From a bacterium (GTDB taxonomy: Bacteria > Bacteroidota > Ignavibacteria > UBA10030), in the NCBI GenBank assembly GCA_043803945.1, contig JAZDJN010000098.1, positions 26,947 through 90,946 on the forward strand: a stretch of DNA of 64,000 bases, in the 5' to 3' direction. This document shows positions 59,099 to 64,000 of this stretch, one piece after another. Both the position numbers and the translations under genes were made by a program. The number at the start of each line of letters is the position of its first letter. Position 1 is the first letter of the stretch. The notes below the pieces were generated by a model, which saw only the letters and a program-made list of their open reading frames with translations, searched no databases and was not told where the DNA came from.

Positions 59099-62000
59099 AT
59101 GAAAATTAACTATCTGCGAAGAGGATATCCAAAATATCTTCACGCGATTGCCATATCGGTTTGCCTGTTTTGTATAGAATCCCTGGGGAACATTCTGTTC
59201 GCACAAAAACCTGAGCTGGTGATTCAGCGAGGACATACAAGCGTCATTTATGCCGTTTCATTCAGCCCGGACGGAAACTATGTACTCACAACAAGCGAGG
59301 ATAATACAGCAATACTTTGGGAGGTATCGACAGGCAGAGAGATTCGCACATTTACCGAACATACAAATTCTATCTATAGCGCTTCGTTCAGCCCGGATGG
59401 AAAATATGCATTAACGGGAGGCAAGGATAGTACGGCAAAATTGTGGGAGGTTTCGACGGGCAAAGTATTCCGAAATTTTAAAGGACATCGAGATATGGTT
59501 TCTTCAGTCGCGTGCAGCCCTGACGGAAAGTACGTCGCAATTGGATATCGACATGAGACTACTATGAAGTTGTTGGAGATTTCTACTGGAACAGAAGTGC
59601 ACACATTTACCGGACATAAAGATAATATTACCTCCATCGCCTTCAGTCCGGACGGGAAGTACGTGCTCACAGGGAGTTGGGATCAAACAGCCAAACTCTG
59701 GGAAGTAGCTACAGGTCGTGGGCTACGAACCTTTAGCGGGCACACCGCAAATGTTCGCTCCGTTGCATATAGTCCGGATGGGAATTATATCCTTACCGGC
59801 GGTGGCGATTCGACTGCAAAACTCTGGGGTGTTTCGACAGGGAAAGAAGTCCGTACATTTACCGGACACACGAATTTTCTACTTTCCGTTGCTTTCAGTC
59901 CGGACGGGAAATATGTGATGACAGGTAGTGGAGATAGGACTGCTAAGCTGTGGGATGTCTCGACAGGAAAAGTAATTCACACTTTCAAAAAGCATACATT
60001 CATTGTGAGTTCCGTCTCATTTAGCCCGAACGGAAAATATGTTCTAACAGGAAGCCTGGATCAGACAGTGAAATTGTGGGAAGTATCGACCGGGAACGAA
60101 GTTCGTACCCTCGGAGGAAATACAGATTGGATTGAATCAATCTCTTGCAGTAACGATGGAAAATATTTAATGACAGTGAGTTGGGAGGGGGAAACGGATT
60201 TCTGGGATCTATCCACAGACAAGAAAGTTCGGATGCCGCAACGAAAGTCCATCTATTTCTCTAATAATAGAGTTTCGTTCAGTCCTGATGTAAAAGATGT
60301 AATAGCGTGGAGTTCACAAGGTCCGGCAGCACTCTGGGAAGTTTCCACTGGCAAAGAACTTCGAACGTTCGAAAGGCCTGTTACTTCAGCCCTCTACAGT
60401 CCGGATGGTAAGTATGTATTGATCGGAAGCGCGAATACGACGGCAATGCTCTGGGAAGTTACCAGCGGTCTGAAGGTGCATACCTTTATTGGACATACCG
60501 GATGGGTTACTTCCCTCTCCTTTAGTCCGGATGGAAAGTATATAGTTACAGGCAGTACCGATAGTACGGCAAAACTCTGGGAGGTTTCCACAGGAAAAGA
60601 AGTACTAACATTTAAAGGACATAGACACGGCGTTTCATCAATCTCATACAGTCCGGACGGAAAGTACGTCCTCACCGGCAGTGGAGATTCGACAGCAAAG
60701 TTGTGGAAAGCTAAGTCAGGCGAAGAGGTTCGGACCCTTGCCGGACATGCAAGCTACGTTCTTTCCGTCTCATTTAGTCCGGATGGAAAATATATGCTGA
60801 CCAGAAGCGGAGATGATATAGCAAAGCTGTGGGAGGTTTCCTCGGGAAAAGAGGTGCGCACATTGACCGGTAGTACTTCGTACCATGGTGTCGAATGTGC
60901 CGCATTCAGTCCCGATGGCAAATATGTACTGACAGGGACTCAAGGTGGTACGACAAAAATATGGAGTCTCTCTACGGGGCAACTCCTCGCAACACTCATC
61001 TCGATGGATCAGTCAGATTGGGCTGTTGTCACTCCCGATGGACGGTTCGATGCATCGCAAGGCGGGATGCAGCATATGTATTATGTGCAGGGTTTGGAGG
61101 TTCTCCCCCTTGAATCCTTCTTCGATCAGTTCTATACACCAAAGCTGCTGGCACAGGTCATTTCCGGTGAGTATGTCACCGAAAAGCAACTCAGCACAGA
61201 TTTTTCTAAAGCGATCAAATTGCCCCCTGCGGTAAAGATCATATCTCCGAAAACCGGCACATCATTCTTCTCCGATGAGATTCAAATCACTCTGGAAGCA
61301 ACCGATCAAGGAGGCGGAATTGATGAGATTCGTTTATTCCAGAATGGAAAGCTTATCTCCGAAGAACAGCGAGGAATGAAGAAAGTTGTTTCAAGAAGCG
61401 AAAAAGTATCAAGATCATACCATGTAACGTTACTGCCTGGAGTCAATATGTTTCGCGCTACGGCGTTTAATCAAGAGAGAACGGAAGCAATGCCGTACGA
61501 AATCGCCATTACATTACAAGCGGCAGATGCCGGATCGAATCTCTACATAGTAGCAATTGGAATCAATGAATATAAGAATGCTAAATACAATTTAAACTAT
61601 GGCAGACCTGACGCGATGGCGTTCGTACAAGCAGCGGAGAAAAGAGCCAAATCAATTTTTAAACGGATAGTGAAGTATGAACTATATGACGCTCAAGCTA
61701 CTCGTCCGGCCATCGAAGCGATCTTCAAGACACTAGCATCTGACGCAAAGCCTCAAGATGCGTTCATCTTCTACTATGCCGGTCATGGAGTGATGAGTGA
61801 AGGAAGTCCAACGATAGCGACCGAATTCTATTTGATACCGACCGATGTGACAAAACTATATGGCGATGATGAGATGCTCGCATCCAAAGCCATTTCTGCA
61901 GCACGATTGAAGACGTTTTGCACGACAATTAAAGCACAGAAACAATTGGTTGTCCTGGATGCGTGCCAATCCGGAGGGGCTGTAGAGACATTTGCCATGC

Positions 62001-62314
62001 GCGGCGCGGCAGAGGAAAAAGCCATCCTGCAGCTTGCCCGAAGTGCCGGGACTGTTGTTCTTGCCGCTACCGGTACAGAACAATATGCAACTGAATTTAA
62101 AGCGCTGGGACATGGTGTCTTTACATATGCATTGTTGCAGGGATTGAATGGTGATGCTGATGGAAGTCCGCTTGATGGCAAGGTAACGGTTAAAGAACTG
62201 GAAGCATATTTGAATGACCAAGTACCTGAACTTACAAAAAAATACCGCGGTACTGCTCAATACCCCAACAGTTATGCACGAGGGCAGGATTTCCCGCTAG
62301 CGATATCAAAGTAG
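59099..62314 (+). CDS. Exported WD40 + Ig-like + caspase-like protein (closest to the 23698 gene)
   Basis: FA|QKPELVIQRGH; WD40 repeats; YYAGHG...LDACQSG; shares VQG.EVLPLESFF and DFSKAIKLPP with 23698. Confidence 0.9.
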   Translation: MKINYLRRGYPKYLHAIAISVCLFCIESLGNILFAQKPELVIQRGHTSVIYAVSFSPDGNYVLTTSEDNTAILWEVSTGREIRTFTEHTNSIYSASFSPDGKYALTGGKDSTAKLWEVSTGKVFRNFKGHRDMVSSVACSPDGKYVAIGYRHETTMKLLEISTGTEVHTFTGHKDNITSIAFSPDGKYVLTGSWDQTAKLWEVATGRGLRTFSGHTANVRSVAYSPDGNYILTGGGDSTAKLWGVSTGKEVRTFTGHTNFLLSVAFSPDGKYVMTGSGDRTAKLWDVSTGKVIHTFKKHTFIVSSVSFSPNGKYVLTGSLDQTVKLWEVSTGNEVRTLGGNTDWIESISCSNDGKYLMTVSWEGETDFWDLSTDKKVRMPQRKSIYFSNNRVSFSPDVKDVIAWSSQGPAALWEVSTGKELRTFERPVTSALYSPDGKYVLIGSANTTAMLWEVTSGLKVHTFIGHTGWVTSLSFSPDGKYIVTGSTDSTAKLWEVSTGKEVLTFKGHRHGVSSISYSPDGKYVLTGSGDSTAKLWKAKSGEEVRTLAGHASYVLSVSFSPDGKYMLTRSGDDIAKLWEVSSGKEVRTLTGSTSYHGVECAAFSPDGKYVLTGTQGGTTKIWSLSTGQLLATLISMDQSDWAVVTPDGRFDASQGGMQHMYYVQGLEVLPLESFFDQFYTPKLLAQVISGEYVTEKQLSTDFSKAIKLPPAVKIISPKTGTSFFSDEIQITLEATDQGGGIDEIRLFQNGKLISEEQRGMKKVVSRSEKVSRSYHVTLLPGVNMFRATAFNQERTEAMPYEIAITLQAADAGSNLYIVAIGINEYKNAKYNLNYGRPDAMAFVQAAEKRAKSIFKRIVKYELYDAQATRPAIEAIFKTLASDAKPQDAFIFYYAGHGVMSEGSPTIATEFYLIPTDVTKLYGDDEMLASKAISAARLKTFCTTIKAQKQLVVLDACQSGGAVETFAMRGAAEEKAILQLARSAGTVVLAATGTEQYATEFKALGHGVFTYALLQGLNGDADGSPLDGKVTVKELEAYLNDQVPELTKKYRGTAQYPNSYARGQDFPLAISK

Positions 62315-62749
62315 ATCCTGTTGTGATTGTCTGAACTAAAACCAAATTGATTATTCTCAGTATCACACATCGCTCTGGAAGCCTGGACAAAAAGTCCAAC
62401 CACAAAGAACACAGAGATAATCTTTTTGAAATATTGAGGATATAACAAATATTTATCGATCTCAGTGAACTCCCCGCCTGCCACCATGGTATCTAAACAG
62501 GCGGGCAGGTGTGTCTCTGTGGCGGACTTTTCAATCGCTTCTTTAGACGATTTTAACAGATTGAAGATTACAATAGAAAAGAGTACTATAGCAGCAAGCT
62601 TTTCCCCGTGCACCAGAACTCTCGATCCTCAAGTGGAGGAGATGTATTATTCCATCACAATGAAACGAGAATCGTAGAATCAATCTGGTTTCTTTGTGGT
62701 TCACCGTCGGTCTCTTCGGATGATCGACTAACTGTGAAGGAACTTGGAG

Positions 62750-64000
62750 ATGAGTAGCATCTTATACACCCTTCTTATTTCTCTCAACAGAAGTTTCACA
62801 TTTCTCCGGCAAAGAATAAACTTGTGGTTCGTCACGAAGGTTTTACTAATTATTCCCATCGTAGCACTACACTTCAATGTCGGATTGGCCAATAACTACT
62901 ACGTCAATGCATCTACCGGAAGCAATTCGTCGGGCAATGGGAGTCAGTCTAGCCCCTGGAAGACAATCACATTTGCTCTAAGCAATATTTCTGGTTCAGG
63001 ACATACTATAACTGTAGCTGCAGGAACATACAATTCAGCACTCGGTGAGACATTCCCGATACTGATGAAGAATGGCGTTTCACTCGTAGGGGCAGGCATG
63101 GATATCAGCATTATTGATGCCGCTTCAAGTAACATTGTTTTAAGGTGTGTCAGTATTGTGGATCCAGCAACACGAGTAGAAGGATTTACAATAAAAGGCG
63201 GAAAGGTAACGGCGTCGTCTTCCGCAGGCGCCGGCATGTTTATATCGGCAGGTTCCACATTGAAGATTTCAAATAATAAAATCATCGGTAACATCAATGG
63301 TAGCGTAGGAAAGGGAGGGGGGCTCTATCTAGAAAACTCATCACCATGGATTTTTAACAATACAATTAGCGGCAATAGCGCTGGATCATCTGGCGATGGA
63401 GCTGGGATCTATATTACGAATGGATCACCGGTGATAGAAGGGAATAGAATTGTAAACAATACTTCCGGCAATTATAGCTATGGCGGTGGAGTATACATTA
63501 CCGGCTCGACAAGTGCACCAAGGATAATGAACAATCTGATTGTGAAGAATCCCGAGGGCGGAATTATTTGTGAAAATTCTTGTAAGCCGCGTATCATCAA
63601 CAATACGATCTGTGAGAACGCAGGTCACGGCATCATGATATCATCGGCAATGCCTGACACGATCATGAACAACATCCTCTCGTTGAATACAGGCTACGGG
63701 ATCTACGAGGGGTGGACGACGAGTGATCCGGGGAAAGTTTGGTACAATCTCTTTTATGCGAACAACTCCGGAGTGTATCGCGATGAGGGAGCAACGGATT
63801 ACTACACGGTGAACACGTTGCACGCCTCTGTTTCAGAATGCAAGTATAATATTGAGGGCGATCCTCTCTTCACAGATAAAACAAATGAAGATTATCATGA
63901 ACAACTCGGCTCTCCAGCTATTGATGCTGGTGATCCTGGATTCTCATACGCTAATGAGCCATCGCCTAATGGCAGCAGAGTGAATATTGGTGCCTATGGG
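62750..64000 (+). CDS. Exported DUF1565 / right-handed parallel beta-helix protein (runs off the window; absent from the ORF track)
   Basis: ATG 62750; translated by hand: YYVNASTGSNSSGNGSQSSPWKTITFAL...VAAGTY...GETFPI; NNTISGN, GGGLY repeats; SPAIDAGDP...RVNIGAYG near the edge. Confidence 0.8.
   Translation, partial: MSSILYTLLISLNRSFTFLRQRINLWFVTKVLLIIPIVALHFNVGLANNYYVNASTGSNSSGNGSQSSPWKTITFALSNISGSGHTITVAAGTYNSALGETFPILMKNGVSLVGAGMDISIIDAASSNIVLRCVSIVDPATRVEGFTIKGGKVTASSSAGAGMFISAGSTLKISNNKIIGNINGSVGKGGGLYLENSSPWIFNNTISGNSAGSSGDGAGIYITNGSPVIEGNRIVNNTSGNYSYGGGVYITGSTSAPRIMNNLIVKNPEGGIICENSCKPRIINNTICENAGHGIMISSAMPDTIMNNILSLNTGYGIYEGWTTSDPGKVWYNLFYANNSGVYRDEGATDYYTVNTLHASVSECKYNIEGDPLFTDKTNEDYHEQLGSPAIDAGDPGFSYANEPSPNGSRVNIGAYG

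Noticed and set aside
12400-64000. Prophage or conjugative element carrying the DGR
   Set aside because: No recognisable integrase, capsid, terminase, tail, relaxase or T4SS gene in the window

Overview
The window has two parts. Positions 1-12270 are core chromosome, probably from an Ignavibacteria/Bacteroidota-Chlorobi-type bacterium (inferred from gene style, not established): nuoL(partial)-nuoM-[ion antiporter]-nuoN, nnr, VanZ, tgt-yajC-ribBA, greA, a CYTH cyclase and tRNA-Gly/Cys/Leu. After tRNA-Leu and an interrupted copy of its 3' end comes a >50 kb all-plus-strand accessory region. It encodes mostly exported proteins: LPP20/DUF4384, PEGA, WG/TPR, four WD40-Ig-caspase proteins plus a caspase-less WD40 paralog, four FGE-sulfatase/CLec-fold proteins, a CHASE2 adenylate cyclase and an M48 peptidase. 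Its centrepiece is a complete diversity-generating retroelement: target1-avd-RT/TR-target2. Both targets are signal-peptide, caspase-like protease + CLec fusions whose variable repeats differ from the template almost only at adenines. As written, both VRs carry a stop and a +1 frameshift. A relic of a second DGR (orphan VR-like 3' end + truncated avd) lies at ~36.1-36.4 kb. A shared RGMK motif occurs in seven proteins in three non-homologous contexts, suggesting an Arg-directed extracytoplasmic proteolytic signalling network fed by hypervariable receptors (inference). Intergenic regions hold nested MITE/REP-like elements, including a 30-nt twin-hairpin insertion. All alignments and counts were done by eye.
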